From: Eledone cirrhosa
Taxonomy: Eukaryota
Assembly: GCA_964016885.1 (NCBI GenBank)
Contig: OZ024763.1
Location: forward strand, 18,972,001-19,036,000
DNA: 64,000 nt
Direction: 5' to 3'
Every line of letters begins with the position of its first letter. The first letter of the stretch is position 1. The notes under the pieces are model-generated. The model saw only the letters and a list, made by a program, of their open reading frames with translations. It searched no databases and was not told where the DNA came from. The translations under genes were made by a program, and so were the position numbers. Below are positions 41,941 to 58,074 of the stretch, one piece after another.

Positions 41941-43503
41941 AGTGTGAGGTAAAGCCTTTACCATGAAAATACAATAGTATATATAGAGTAATGTAAATGT
42001 TATGTGAGGTAAAGACTTTACCATGAAAATACAATAGTATATATAGAGTAATGTAAATGTTATGTGAGATAATTATGTGAGGTAAAAACTTTACCATGAA
42101 AATACAATAGTAAATATAGAGTAATGTAAATACTAAAGGGGTAAAGTGTGAGATAAAGCCTTTACCATGAAAATACAATAGTAAATATAGAGTAATGTAA
42201 ATACTAAAGGGGTAAAGTGTGAGATAAAGCCTTTACCATGAAAATACAATAGTATATATAGAGTAATGTAAATGTTATGTGAGATAATTATGTGAGGTAA
42301 AGACTTTACCATGAAAATACAATAGTAAATATAGAGTAATGTAAATACTAAAGGGGTAAAGTGTGAGATAAAGCCTTTACCATGAAAATACAATAGTAAA
42401 TATAGAGTAATGTAAATACTAAAGGGGTAAAGTGTGAGATAAAGCCTTTACCATGAAAATACAATAGTATATATAGAGTAATGTAAATGTTATGTGAGAT
42501 AATTATGTGAGGTAAAGACTTTACCATGAAAATACAATAGTAAATATAGAGTAATGTAAATACTAAAGGGGTAAAGTGTGAGATAAAGCCTTTACCATGA
42601 AAATACAATAGTATATATAGAGTAATGTAAATGTTATGTGAGATAATTATGTGAGGTAAAGACTTTACCATGAAAATACAATAGTAAATATAGAGTAATG
42701 TAAATACTAAAGGGGTAAAGTGTGAGGTAAAGCCTTTACCATGAAAATACAATAGTATATATAGAGTAATGTAAATGTTATGCGAGATAATTATGTGAGG
42801 TAAAGACTTTACCATGAAAATACAATAGTAAATATAGAGTAATGTAAATACTAAAGGGGTAAAGTGTGAGGTAAAGCCTTTACCATGAAAATACAATAGT
42901 ATATATAGAGTAATGTAAATGTTATGTGAGATAATTATGTGAGGTAAAGACTTTACCATGAAAATACAATAGTAAATATAGAGTAATGTAAATACTAAAG
43001 GGGTAAAGTGTGAGATAAAGCCTTTACCATGAAAATACAATAGTATATATAGAGTAATGTAAATACTAAAGGGGTAAAGTGTGAGATAAAGCCTTTACCA
43101 TGAAAATACAATAGTATATATAGAGTAATGTAAATACTAAAGGGGTAAAATGTGAGATAAAGCCTTTACCATGAAAATACAATAGTATATATAGAGTAAT
43201 GTAAATACTAAAGGGGTAAAGTGTGAGATAAAGCCTTTACCATGAAAATACAATAGTATATATAGAGTAATGTAAATACTAAAGGGGTAAAGTGTGAGAT
43301 AAAGCCTTTACCATGAAAATACAATAGTATATATAGAGTAATGTAAATACTAAAGGGGTAAAATGTGAGATAAAGCCTTTACCATGAAAATACAATAGTA
43401 TATATAGAGTAATGTAAATACTAAAGGGGTAAAGTGTGAGATAAAGCCTTTACCATGAAAATACAATAGTATATATAGAGTAATGTAAAGGCTGAAGGGG
43501 TAA
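41941..43503. repeat. 71/73-bp satellite with a 144-bp higher-order dimer
   Basis: CTTTACCATGAAAATACAATAGTA.ATATAGAGTAATGTAAAT followed by either ACTAAAGGGGTAAAGTGTGAG.TAAAG or GTTATGTGAGATAATTATGTGAGGTAAAG. Confidence 0.92.
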
Positions 43504-43543
43504 ATCATATGGAGATTTTGTTGACAGGATCTAGATGACATTA

Positions 43544-45545
<2,002 letters not shown>

Positions 45546-45601
45546 ATTTCATGAAAGAAATCTATGTGGGGTGGCTGTAAAATGTCAAGAGCAGAGAGTA
45601 T
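45546..45601 (-). CDS. NLK: NLK internal exon (56 bp): ILSALDILQPPHIDFFHEI
   Basis: tttcag acceptor and GTATCCTTTT (U12-type) donor. In frame with both neighbours. Not in the ORF track. Confidence 0.93.
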
Positions 45602-45957
45602 CTGAAACAGAAGAAAGAAACATATTATAGAAGCATTATTGTTATTACCTCTTATTTATTCATTTTATCATTATTTCTTTAGATCAAACCACCTAGACTA
45701 TTATGATACCAAAAAACGCCAGCACCAACAGTTTTGCAAGAGATGTCAACATGAATGGACCTGTTATTTTTATCTAAAGACATTTTTTCAAATTCCATCC
45801 CGCCCATCCTCAATCTATCTTATTTCTCATTCTTTCTTCTGATGAAGGACTAGCGTCCAAAACGTTAAGACCCTCTTCCTGCTATATCAAGCGTTAACCT
45901 AATATACTCCTTCCATATACTGTACCGATTGTGTTGTTATTTCTGTTTACTTTTTAC

Positions 45958-46010
<53 letters not shown>

Positions 46011-46753
46011 GTTCAAGAGTAAACTAATCTTAAAGAGAGAGATGGAGATAGGAGAGGAGAAGAGAGATTGGTGAATTAGTTAGAAGCCAAAAGCGTAAAG
46101 GCATGTGCTCAATGTGCAATATGCAGTGGAAGGCAGCTAGGTGGCTGGGTTCATGCAGAGGTTAGGTACACAGAGCTGGAAATATTCATTAGTTAAGCAA
46201 AACAAGACCACAAATTTCACAAGGAAGACATTATTTAAAGATGTCTTCCTTGTGAAATTTGTGGTCTTGTTTTGCTTAACTAATGAATATATATCTATAT
46301 ATATATAGAGTCTTCCTTTTCAATGGATTTCCGCATGGATTATCCATTTATTTTGAGACTTGAAACCGTACGGTAAAGGTAATTACAGCAGGTACAGTGA
46401 ACTTTTTTAAATTTATTTTAAAACTTTTTCTTATTTGCTAAACCTTGATTATATATATATATATCATCATCATCATCATTTTACGTCCACTTTTCCCTGC
46501 TTGCAAGGGTGCGACGAGAACTAATTCTGGCTTGATTTCTACAGCTGGATGCCCTTCCTAACACCAACCTCATTTACAGTGAGTGCTGGGTGCTTTTTTT
46601 CCGTGGCGCCTACACGTCCACTTTGCAGTGGGAGGGTGTGGGGGCATATTGTCTATATGCTTCAGCTTGTACCCATGGAGGTCGGGTACTCTGTATTACT
46701 GCGTGACACCAGAGGTTACGGTACCTTTGAGAGGTGTAATTGGGTAAGGTCGG

Positions 46754-46804
<51 letters not shown>

Positions 46805-47016
46805 ATAATAATAAATGTGAAGACTAAAATCCAAAGAGGGCTCGATAAGGATAAATATATATCAAATATATAAGAACCGTAGAGCAAATATTTATTAAAA
46901 TAACAGATTAAAGTTTAAGCAGAGAATCGCTGCTTTCACCCTTAACGGGATCTTCTGAAGATCCCATTAAGGGTGAAAGCAGCGATTCTTTGCTTAAACT
47001 TTAATCTGTTATTTTA

Positions 47017-47057
<41 letters not shown>

Positions 47058-47117
47058 TATAAGGCTCTAATTCCATCAACACTATAAACACAGAGCTGGC
47101 ATATCTAATACTGACTA

Positions 47118-47173
47118 ACTGCCTGATGAGGTCATAGCCATTCAATGGCTATCATCGAAATATATATAGCAGT
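47118..47173 (+). ncRNA. Minimal type-I hammerhead ribozyme motif
   Basis: ACTGC-CTGATGA-GGTCATAGCCATT-CA-ATGGCTATCATC-GAAA-TATATA-TA-GCAGT with a perfect 5-bp stem I. Confidence 0.78.
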
Positions 47174-47214
47174 AAATAAAGGATTATGAGTTCATGCAAT
47201 TGACTTATGTTTCG

Positions 47215-47258
<44 letters not shown>

Positions 47259-47411
47259 AAGTTTTATTTAAATTGTTGGGTTACAACGAGTAAATATTTA
47301 TAACTGATATCCCTGAAATATATATAATGAAATAATAAATATGGTTTTATAAATATAGTTTCCATTTATTTAATATCGTATATATATATATATATACGAT
47401 ATATATATATA

Positions 47412-47780
47412 CACGACCGTGACTTCTGGCGTCACGCAGTAATACAGGGTACCCGACCTCCCATGGGTACATGCTGAAGCATATAAACAATATGCCCCCC
47501 CCCCCCCCACCGCAAGGTGGCCGTGGAGGTGCCACGGCAAAAAAGCACCCAGCCCACACTGTAAAGTGGACGTGTAGGCGCCACGAAAAAGCACCCAGCA
47601 CTCACTGTAAATGAGGTTGGTGTTAGGAAGGGCATCCAGCTGTAGAAATCAAGCCAGATCAGTTCCTGTATGAGCAAGGCATGGTCAGCCGACCAGACAC
47701 TGCCCACAACAGGACAACCCGTCTAACCCATGCTAGCGTGGAAGAACGGACGTAAAACGGTGATGATGATGATGATGATA
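47412..47780 (+). mobile_element. SINE-like repeat related to S1. Near-identical copy at 54720-55125 (+), inverted relatives at 46465-46757 and 13735-13925.
   Basis: Shared block GCACCCAGCACTCACTGTAAATGAGGTTGGTGTTAGGAAGGGCATCCAGCTGTAG and a (TGA)n tail. Confidence 0.75.
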
Positions 47781-48220
47781 TATAAACCTTTCTTAATTAT
47801 GTTCAAAATAACAGCTTAACACTGATACCGACCACCTAAAACCACACCTGGTTATATAAAACAAAACCATTTGTTTTAAAGTGTTTATATTTATCTAAAA
47901 ACCTTACATTATAATTTTTTTTAAGAACCTTCATTATGTTGTGTTCCCCACACTGGCAATATGATACAAAACTGTTTGTTTTAAAGAGTTATATTTATCT
48001 AAAAAACTTGATTTGATGTTATGTTCCAAACTTTCATTAAGTTATGTTCCAAATACCAGCTTAATAATTAGAAAATTACAGGTGGTGGTGGTAGTAGCAG
48101 CAGTAGTAGTAGTATTGGTAGCAACAACAGTAGTAGTAGTGGTAGTAGTAGCAGCAGTAGTAATACACACACACAAATACACACATACACACACAAATTA
48201 ACTGAGTAGCTACAACTTAC

Positions 48221-48350
48221 ATTTTCGTGCTTGAAATGGCAAAGCATGCGAAGTTCCCGGTAGACACGCTTAGAGGAGATGAGATTCTGGAAGACATTAG
48301 GCATTTTCTTCAGGGCCACTCGCTTACCATCTCTGGGGTCAGTGACAGAC
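48221..48350 (-). CDS. NLK: NLK internal exon (130 bp), kinase subdomains I-III: (W)SVTDPRDGKRVALKKMPNVFQNLISSKRVYRELRMLCHFKHEN
   Basis: ttcag acceptor and GTAAG donor. Contains the VALKK catalytic Lys and the alphaC Glu. Sequence is typical of NLK/Nemo. Confidence 0.95.
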
Positions 48351-48969
48351 CTGAAATATACAAAGGTGGTAAAATAAAATAACTATATATACAATTGAAT
48401 ATCAGTGCAAGTACAAGGAGTAAAAAATAAAATATGTTGAAAATCATATTTACAACAAAATGATATCATTATAGCTACTAGCAGAAAAGCCACCCTTGGG
48501 TGGTTTTCTGATAGCATGTGTAGTGTACATGTTGATATTATACACATATATATACATGTAGATATGATACATCAAATAAAATCATATAGACAATATACAC
48601 AGAAATTGAACGAAGTCTGTGTTACACTGTATTCTGTAATCAGTAAAGTAATCCACGATACATTTAAAAAAGATGATATTATATATAAACTGCATTACGG
48701 TGAAATGTAATGAAAATGAAAAAGGAGAAAATTAGTGATGGAAGTATAAAAGTTATGATGCAAATATATGAATGTTTATATAAGATATATTATATTATAG
48801 AGTCCGTTATATCATAACTGGAAGTATTGACATTTGAACATTTTAAAAGAAGTGAATTTTAAAAGAAGTGAATCTTAAAACAAACAATCATTATATATAA
48901 GAATATTTATGTTTAATCAACAGCTACGAAATTCGGTAGATAAATTATTTAATATTCATTCATTATTTG

Positions 48970-49995
48970 GGGGATTGGCAGTATCAGTAGAGAGTCGGAC
49001 GCCATGCTTTGTAGCACAGAGTTATGGCCCTTTAGAGTCTGAGTTCAAATCCCGCCGAGGTTCACTTTGCCTTGCATCCTTACTACGGGGTCGATAAAAT
49101 AAAGTACCAGTAATGTACTGAAATACTTGCTGGCCTTGTTGCAAAAGTAGAAACAATTATTTATTCAATGTAATCCAACTTATTTTAATAAAGGAATAAA
49201 AAATATATATTCAGGACACAGTCCCTCACTCTTCCATTTATTATATTATGATTGGCAGATCGGTAGAGCGTCAGACACCATGCTTTGCAACATAGAGTTA
49301 TGGCCCTTTGCGTTCTGAGCTCAAGTGGCGCCGAGGGTAAACTTTGCCTTTCATCCTTATGGGGTTCGATAAAATAAAGTACCAGTAATGCACTGGGGTA
49401 ATTGCTGGCATTGTGCCAAAAGTTGAAACAATCATTATAGCTTTAACTTTCATCTTTACAAGGTCGATAAAATAAAGTACCAGTAACACACTGGGGTCGA
49501 TATAATCGACATTCCTCTCCCCTCACCCCTACAAATTATTGGCCTTGTGTCTAAATCAGAAACCATTATTATTATTGAGGGCGGTGGATTGGCAGTATCG
49601 GTAGATAGTCGGACGCCATGCTTTCCAGCATAGTTACGTCCCTTTACGGACTGAGTTCGAATCTCGCCGAGGTTAACTTTGCCTTTCATCCTTACAGGGT
49701 CGATAAAATAAAGTACCAGTAATGCACTGGGTAATTGCTGGCCTTGTGCCTAAAGTAGAAACAATTATTATTATTATTGAAATGGATTGGCAAAGTCCGT
49801 ATAACAGATAACATGATTTGTGGTATAGAGTTACATCCCACTCCCAAAATTCTTGACCTTGTGCCTAAATCAGAAATTCATCCCGCCGAATTTAACTTTG
49901 CCTTTCATCCTTACAAGGTCGGGTCGATAAAATAAAGTACCAGTAATGCACTTCCAAAATTGCTGGCCTTGTGCCTAAATCAGAAACCATTATTA
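48970..49995 (+). mobile_element. Cluster of tRNA-derived SINEs (family S2). Further copies at 8955-9640, 11680-11790, 20055-20235, 36400-36592, 39738-39925, 40222-40325, 44530-44730, 51360-51690 and 56945-57130.
   Basis: Head GGCGGTGGATTGGCAGTATCGGTAGAG..GAGTTCAAATCC. Central GCCTTTCATCCTTACGGGGTCGATAAAATAAAGTACCAG resembles a MetaSINE-type domain. (ATT)n tail. Confidence 0.8.
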
Positions 49996-50801
49996 TTTGC
50001 TTTGGTCGATATATATATATATTTAAAGTAAACGAAAATGAAGACATCTCGAGAAATTTCAAAATTGACGAAGCCGATTTTTTTTTTTTAGATGGAGTTA
50101 TCTCCCTTTGATTTTCCCCAGTTCTTTGTTTTACGATATGCGTGTGTGTGGTTGTCACGGCGGTGATGTCGGTGTAGAAATCCCTCTTCGATTGAACGGA
50201 CTAATCGGTGTTGAGGGGGATGTGTCTCTTAATATAAAAAGTTGATTAATAGAAATTATCCTAACGTCCTAACGATCATTTTAAAAATTGTTTTTCATGT
50301 AAACAGTAGATAAATAAATAAACAAAATACTTTAAAACAATGTTCACAGTTTAAAACCATTCACTTTATATATATATACATATTTATTAAAATAACAGAT
50401 TAAAGTTTAAGCAAAGAATCGCTGCTTAAACTTTAATCTGTTATTTTAATAAATATTTGCTCTACGGTTCTTATATATTTGATATATATTTATCCTTATC
50501 GAGCCCTCTTTGGATTGTAGTCTTCAAATTTATTATTATTACTATATATATATATATATCTCGACAGTCGATCGACTTTCGTCAAAGTGGCCCGAAGGAA
50601 CAATATTTCCGTTATTCTTTTCAATTGTTAATACTATCTATCGGTCGCAACTCCAGGTAGAAGAAGCAACGTGAAATAAAGTGTCTTGCTCAAGGACCAA
50701 ACACACTCAGCACTCAGCCACGCGCCTTCACACACACACACACACACACACACGTGTGCATATGTGTGTGCATATGTGTGTGCATATGTGTGCGTGTGCG
50801 T

Positions 50802-50842
<41 letters not shown>

Positions 50843-52343
50843 TGTGCGTGTGCGTGCGACAAGAAGCTATTGGAAAATGATCGATATTTCTATAGCTTCG
50901 GTTATATATTTATTTTGCAAGATTCTTGATCTGTAATCCTGTCTCGTAAGAGATTCTGTATCGATATATTTTGGAAGAGGTCAATCGGTGCAGCTTTGTT
51001 TGGGTTTTTCAACATTGTAACTCCGTCGCACCCTCTTTAGATGTAATGGTTTAACTTGAAGTGGGGTCGTGTTGGTTGTGGTGGTGGTGGTGTGGTGGTG
51101 GTTGGTTGGTTGATGATGGTGGTGGGGTGAGTGATGAGGGGTGGTGGTGAGGGGGGTGACGATGGTTGGGGGTTGTGGTGTTGGTGGGAGGAGTGTTGAT
51201 GGTAGGGAGTGGTGTGAGGGTGGTGGTGTGGTGGTGTGGTGGTAGTGATGATGATGAAGGTGATTATGGTGATGATGGTGATGATGATGATGGCAGTGAA
51301 GTTGATAGTGGGTGAACAAAGAAATACTTTGTATACAGTAGGAAGCGTTTAGTTATGACTTTCTTGAGTTCAAATCCTGCCGAAGTTAGCTTTGTACCAG
51401 TAATGTACTGGGGTCGATTTAATCGACTTTCCTCTTCCCCTCCCCCCACAATTGCTGGCCTTGTGCCTAAATCAGAAATCATTATTATTATTATTATAAG
51501 GGCGGTGGATTGGCAGTATCGGTAGAGAGTCGGACACCGTGCTTTGCAGCATAGAGTTACGTCCCTTTATGATCTGAGTTCAAATCCCACCGAGGTTAAC
51601 TTTGCCTTTCATCCTTACGGGAGTCGATAAAATAAAGTACCAGTAATACACTGGGGTCATTGCTGGCCTTGTGCCAAAAAGTAGAAACAATTATTATTGA
51701 TTGAATTGGAAAATATTTGGAATTACTGAGTAATTAAGAACTCATTAGAATAAAATGTAATGAGTGAGAGTGGTGGGGTGAGGGGGAGGGGAGGGGTTGT
51801 CGGGGAGGGGGAGGCGGCAGGGGTTACAGAGGGAAGACAAAGAACTGAGAAGATGGAATGAATGGATTGCTGATATCAGACTGACAGATTGACAGGCTGA
51901 CAGATAGACAGGCTGACAGGCAGATAGACCGACAGACTGACAGACAGACTGACTCACAGAGAGAGAGAGAAAGAGAGAGAGACTGACAGGGTGACAGACT
52001 GATAGACAGACAGACAGACAAAGAGACAGGGTGACAGACTGACAGACAGAGAGACAGGGTGACAGACAGACAGAGAGACAGGGTGACAGACAGACAGAGA
52101 GACAGGGTGACAGACAGACAGAGAAACAGGGTGACAGACAGACAGCCAGAGAGACAGACAGGGTGACAGACAGGGTGACAGACAGGGTGACAGACTGACT
52201 GACAGAGAGACAGACAGACTGAAAAACAGATTGACAGAGAGACAGGGTGACAGACTGACAGACAGAGAGACAGGGTGACAGACTGACAGACAGACAGACA
52301 AGGTGACAGACAGACAGACAGACAAGGTGACAGACAGACAGAC

Positions 52344-52382
<39 letters not shown>

Positions 52383-53313
52383 GAGAGAGGATGACAGATA
52401 TAAAGGCACAGACAGATATACAGACCCACAGACTGACTGATATGTATGTGTGTATGTATGGCTGCATGTATGTATACCTGTATGTATGTGTGTGTATGTA
52501 TGTATGTATGTATGTGTGTATATGTATGTGTGTATTTGTATGTATGTATATGTATGTATGTGAATGTATGTATAGATGTATGTGTGTATGTATAGATGTA
52601 TGTGTGTATGTATAGATGTATGTGTGTGTATATATATGGATGTATGTGTATATATAGATGTATGTGTGTGTATATATGGATGTGTGTGTATATATAGATG
52701 TATGTGTGTGTATATATGGATGTATGTGTATATATAGATGTATGTGTGTGTGTAGAGATGTATGTGTATATATAGATGTATGTGTGTGTGTAGAGGTGTG
52801 TGTGTGTATGTATGGATGTATGTGTGTGTATATATGGATGTATGTGTATATATAGATGTATGTGTGTGTATATATGGATGTATGTGTATATATTGTCAAG
52901 GCAGAATTCTAGGAGAAGGAAAACTCTGATATAACACCTGCAACTCTCATGGTATCCAATGATGTTGACTTGTTCTTCTTTTTGGTAAATATCATCTTGG
53001 TTAAGAGAGTGGGACTGGCTTTGTGCAGTGCCTTTGCTCACTATAAAAGCTTCACGGCACAGGCATTGCTTTATATCTGGAGATCTCCCTGCACTTGTCG
53101 TCACATGGTACCATGGGCCCAGCACTATGTGTCAATAATTGTCACAAGTGTGGTGTTTGTACCAGAGTTTTCAAGTTGCTGGCTGGACTAAAAAGTCACA
53201 CTCGTTCAGCGCATCGGTAGGGGTTCTCCTACATGGATATAAAGTAGTGGCCGTACTTGAAAACGAGTTGGCAGCCACCATGTATATATGTATGTTAATA
53301 TGTATGTATGTAT

Positions 53314-53366
<53 letters not shown>

Positions 53367-54560
53367 AATGGTACATGGTACCATGGGCCCAGCACTATGT
53401 GTCAGTAATTGTCACAAGTGTAGTGTTTGTACCAGAGTTTTCAAGTGGCTGGCTGGACTAAAAAGTCACACTCGTTCAGCGCATCGGTAGGGGTTCTCCT
53501 ACATGGATATAAAGTAGTGGCCGTACTCGAAAACGAGTTGGCAGCCACCATATGTATGTGTGGCTGCATGTATGTATAGCTGTATCTATGTATACCTGTA
53601 TGTATGTGTGTGTATGTATGTACACCTGTATATATGTATGTATGTGTGTATTTGTATGTATGTGTGTATATGTATGTATGTGTGTATATATATATATATA
53701 TATGTATGGGTGCATTTATGTATAGCTGTATGTATGTATGTATATGTATAGCTGTATGTATGTATATGTATAGCTGTATGTATGTGTGTATATGTATGTA
53801 TGTATGTGTGTATTTGTATGTATGTATATGTATGTATGTGAATGTATAGATGTATGTGTGTGTGTATGTATAGATGTGTGTGTGTATGTATAGATGTATG
53901 TGTGTGTATGTATAGATGTATGTGTGTGTATGTATAGATGTATGTGTATATATAGATGTATGTATGTGTATATATAGATGTATGTATGTGTATATATAGA
54001 TGTATGTATGTGTATATATAGATGTATGTATGTGTATATATAGATGTATGTGTGTGTATATATAGATGTATGTGTGTGTATGTATAGATGTATGTGTGTG
54101 TATGTATAGATGTATGTGTGTGTATATATGGATGTATGTGTATATATGGATGTATGTATGTGTATATATAGATGTATGTATGTATATATATAGATGTATG
54201 TGTGTGTATATATAGATGTATGTGTGTGTATATATAGATGTATGTGTGTGTATATATAGATGTATGTGTGTGTATATATAGATGTATGTGTGTGTATATA
54301 TAGATATATGTGTATATATAGATGTATGTGTGTGTGTATATATGGATGTATGTGTGTGTGTGTGTCTGGATGTATGTGTGCATGTGTATAGTATATATAT
54401 AGATATGTATGCACATTGTATGCATGTATGTGTGTATAGAGATATGTATGTAAGTATATATGTATATATGTATGTAAAAGGTAAACAGAAATAACAACAC
54501 AATCGGTACAGTATATGGAAGGGATATATTAGGTTAACGCTTGATATAGCAGGAAGAGGG

Positions 54561-54596
54561 ACTTAACGTTTCGGACACTAGTCCTTCATCAGAAGA
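54561..54596 (-). ncRNA. Minimal hammerhead motif within element 54470-54702. Inverted sister element at 45731-45958 has GAAA changed to AAAA.
   Basis: CTT-CTGATGA-AGGAC-TAGT-GTCC-GAAACGTT-AAG. Confidence 0.65.
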
Positions 54597-55248
54597 AAGC
54601 ATGAGAAATAAGATAGATTGAAGGGACGGGCGGGATGGCATTGGAAAAAATGTCTTTAGATAAAAATAACAGGTCCATTCATGTTGACATCTCTTGCAAA
54701 ACTATATATATTAAAAGCCGACCTTACCCAATTACACCTCTCAAAGACAATGACACACGACCATGACTTCTGGCGTCACGCAGTAATACAGAGTACCCGA
54801 CCTCCCATGGGTACATGCTGAAGCATATAAACAATATGCCCCCACACACCCCACCGCAAGGTGGTCGTGGAGGTGCCACGGCAAAAAAGCACCCAGCCCA
54901 CACTGTAAAGTGGACGCGTAGGCGCCACGAAAAAGCACCCAGCACTCACTGTAAATGAGGTTGGTGTTAGGAAGGGCATCCAGCTGTAGAAATCAAGCCA
55001 GATCAGTTCCTGTATGAGCAAGGCATGGTCAGCCGACCAGACACTGCACACAACAGGACAACCCGTCTAACCCATGCTAGCGTGGAAGAACGGACGTAAA
55101 ACGGTGATGATGATGATGATGATGATATATATATATATATATATTAAAGTGTTAAACAATATTCAATGATTATGTCAAAGAATGAGTTTTACTACGTTGA
55201 TTAAATCTTAACCATTTAACATCTCAGGGTATGTCATGTATCATTATA

Positions 55249-55299
55249 TTTTGTCTGATGAGGACGTACTGTTGTACATTCGAAATATGTATAATAAAA
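55249..55299 (+). ncRNA. Minimal type-I hammerhead motif (same family as 6568-6630)
   Basis: TTTTGT-CTGATGA-GGACGTAC-TGTT-GTACATTC-GAAA-TATGTA-TA-ATAAAA. Confidence 0.72.
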
Positions 55300-55476
55300 T
55301 GTAATTGATCAAAAGAACATCTATTCTATTAATACTTATATTTTAATATATATATATATATATATATATGCAAAAGTTTTATTTAAAATTGTAGGGTTAC
55401 AACGAGTAAATATTTTATAACTGATATAAAAGCACTCAACAGGTTTTAATACCGTATATATATATATATATATAAG

Positions 55477-55888
55477 GCAAGCATGCTCCGTTGGCTGGAG
55501 AGAAATGAGGCAAGCATGCTCCGTTGGATGTGTAATGTCAATGTGCGTGAACGACCCAGCATGAATGTGTTGAGAGAGAAACTGTCTGAGAGGGATAGAA
55601 TGTAGTGTTCGGGAGAGGAGACTGAGGTGGTATGGACGTGTGATGCGCATGGAGGAGGATGACTGATGGGTGAAGAAGTGCCAGGAAATGGCAGTTGAAG
55701 GAAGACGTGGTAGAGGTAGACCACGAAAAACATGGGTGGAGGTGGTGAGAACAGACCTCAGATCATTGAAGCTCACGGTGGAGATGACGAGGGACTGTGA
55801 CGAGTGGAGAGATGCTGTTCTGAATAAGACCCGTCCCACCCTTGCAAGCAGGGAAGAGCGGATGTAAAATGATGATGATGATGATGAT
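55477..55888 (+). mobile_element. 5'-truncated RTE LINE 3' portion
   Basis: Same family as 5685-6330 (EGRRGRGRPRKTW) with a (TGA)n tail. Confidence 0.85.
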
Positions 55889-58074
55889 ATATATACAACC
55901 TATACATGCTGTGTCAGTGTATATGTGGCAGTGTGTGTGTGTGAATGATTGACAAGTTAGACACCACCATCACCACCACCACCAGCTGCTGCTACTGTTA
56001 TTGTTGCTGTTGTTGCTGATGATGATGATGATGTTGCTGCTGATGACAATGTTGCTGCTGATGATGATATTGTTGATGATGATCATGATGCTGCTGCTGC
56101 TGCTGCTGCTATCAGCCTCACTCTGGGTCTGGGTGCATCCAGCAGAAATACAACAGTAATCAAATGATGCAGCGTTGTGTATATGTGCGTGCGTGTGTGT
56201 GTGTGTATGTTTGTGTGAGGGTATGTGTGTATGTGTAATGAGATAGAGATAGAGGAGAGATAGAGAGAGGGGGAGATAGAGAGAGGAATAGAGGGGGGTG
56301 AAGATAGAGAGAGAGGAGAAAGATAGAGAGAGAGGAGAAAGATAGAGAGAGGGGGGAGATAGAGAGAGAGAGAGGGGGAGATAGAGAGAGGGGAGATAGA
56401 GAGAGAGAGAGGAGAGATAGAGAGAGGGGGAGATAGAGAGAGGAGAGATAAATAGAGGGGGTGAAGATAGAGAGAGAGAGAGGGGAGACAGAGATAGATA
56501 GAGGGGGTGAAGATAGACAGAGAGATAGATAGAGGGGGTGAAGATAGACAGAGAGATAGATAGAGGGGGTGAAGATAGACAGAGAGATAGATAGAGGGGG
56601 TGAAGATAGACAGAGAGAGAGATATAGAGGGGGTGAAGATAGAGAGAGAGAGAGATATAGAGGGGGTGAAGATAGAGAGAGAGAGGGGAGATAGGGGGAG
56701 AGAGAGGGGAGAGAGATAGATAGAGGGGTGAAGATAGAGAGAGAGGGGGTGAAGATAGAGAGAGAGGGGGGAGACAGAGAGATAGAGAGAGAGGAGAGAG
56801 AGGGGAGATAGAGAGAGAGGAGAGAGAGGGGAGATAGAGAGAGAGGAGAGAGAGGGGAGATAGAGAGAGAGGAGAGAGAGGGGAGATAGAGAGAGAGGGG
56901 GGAGACAGTGAGATAGAGAGAGAGGAGTGCAGATATAGAAATAACTGTTTCTACTTTTGGCACAAGGCCAGCAATTATCCCAGTGTATTACTGGTACTTT
57001 ATTTTATCGAACCCGTAAGGATGAAAGGCAAAGTTAACCTCGGTGGGATTTGAACTCAGAATGGCAAGGGCCGTAACTCTATGCTGCAAAGTATGGCGTC
57101 CGGCTCTCTACCGATACTGCCAATCCACAGCAGGAGCTCAGCCATCGGGCCCTGACTCATTCTAATTATATAAAAAGTTCCTATCCTTTAAATCCATCAA
57201 CCAATGACCTCCTCCACCCATCCCAATCACACCTACAACCAGAGAATGTATAAATACCACCACATCACATTGACAGTCGGCTTTCCTGATGATTTCTCCC
57301 GCATGAAACAGTTCTAGTCCTGTAGGAGCCATTTCTATATTATATTAAATTTACACTCTGCTATGTATTGGGTACCTTACTGTGGTTACCTCCGATTGAT
57401 CTCATACATACATTTATATGTATTGGTGGTGGTAGTGGTGAAGATGGTGGTGGTAGTGGTGGTAGTGGTGGTGAAGATGGTGGTGGTAGTGGTGGTAGTA
57501 GTGGTGAAGATGGTGGTGGTGGTAGTGGTGAAGATGGTGGTGGTAGTGGTGGTAGTAGTGGTGAAGATGGTGGTGGCGGTAGTGGTGAAGATGGTGGTGG
57601 CGGTAGTGGTGAAGATGGTGGTGGCGGTAGTGGTGAAGATGGTGGTGCGGTAGTGGTGAAGATGGTGGTGGTAGGAGTGAAGATGGTGGTGGTAGTAGTG
57701 AAGATGGTGGTGGTGGTAGTGGTGAAGATGGTGGTGGTAGTAGTGAAGATGGTGGTGGTGGTAGTGGTGAAGATGGTGGTGGTGGTGGTAGTGGTAAAGA
57801 TGGTGGCGGTAGTGGTGAAGATGGTGGTGGCGGTAATGGTAAACAAAACCTTATCTATCCACACACACACACACATATATATACATATATACAATTTATG
57901 AAGTTAACTCTCTAATACTGAGACATCTCAATGGAAGGATAAGATATATTAATTTATATCTCCACAAATAGGGATTTGGGCTTAACATATATATATATAT
58001 ATCTAGAGAGAGAGAGAGAGTGTGTGATTTATAGGGGTTACATATATATATAGAGAGAGGGGGGAAGACGTAGA

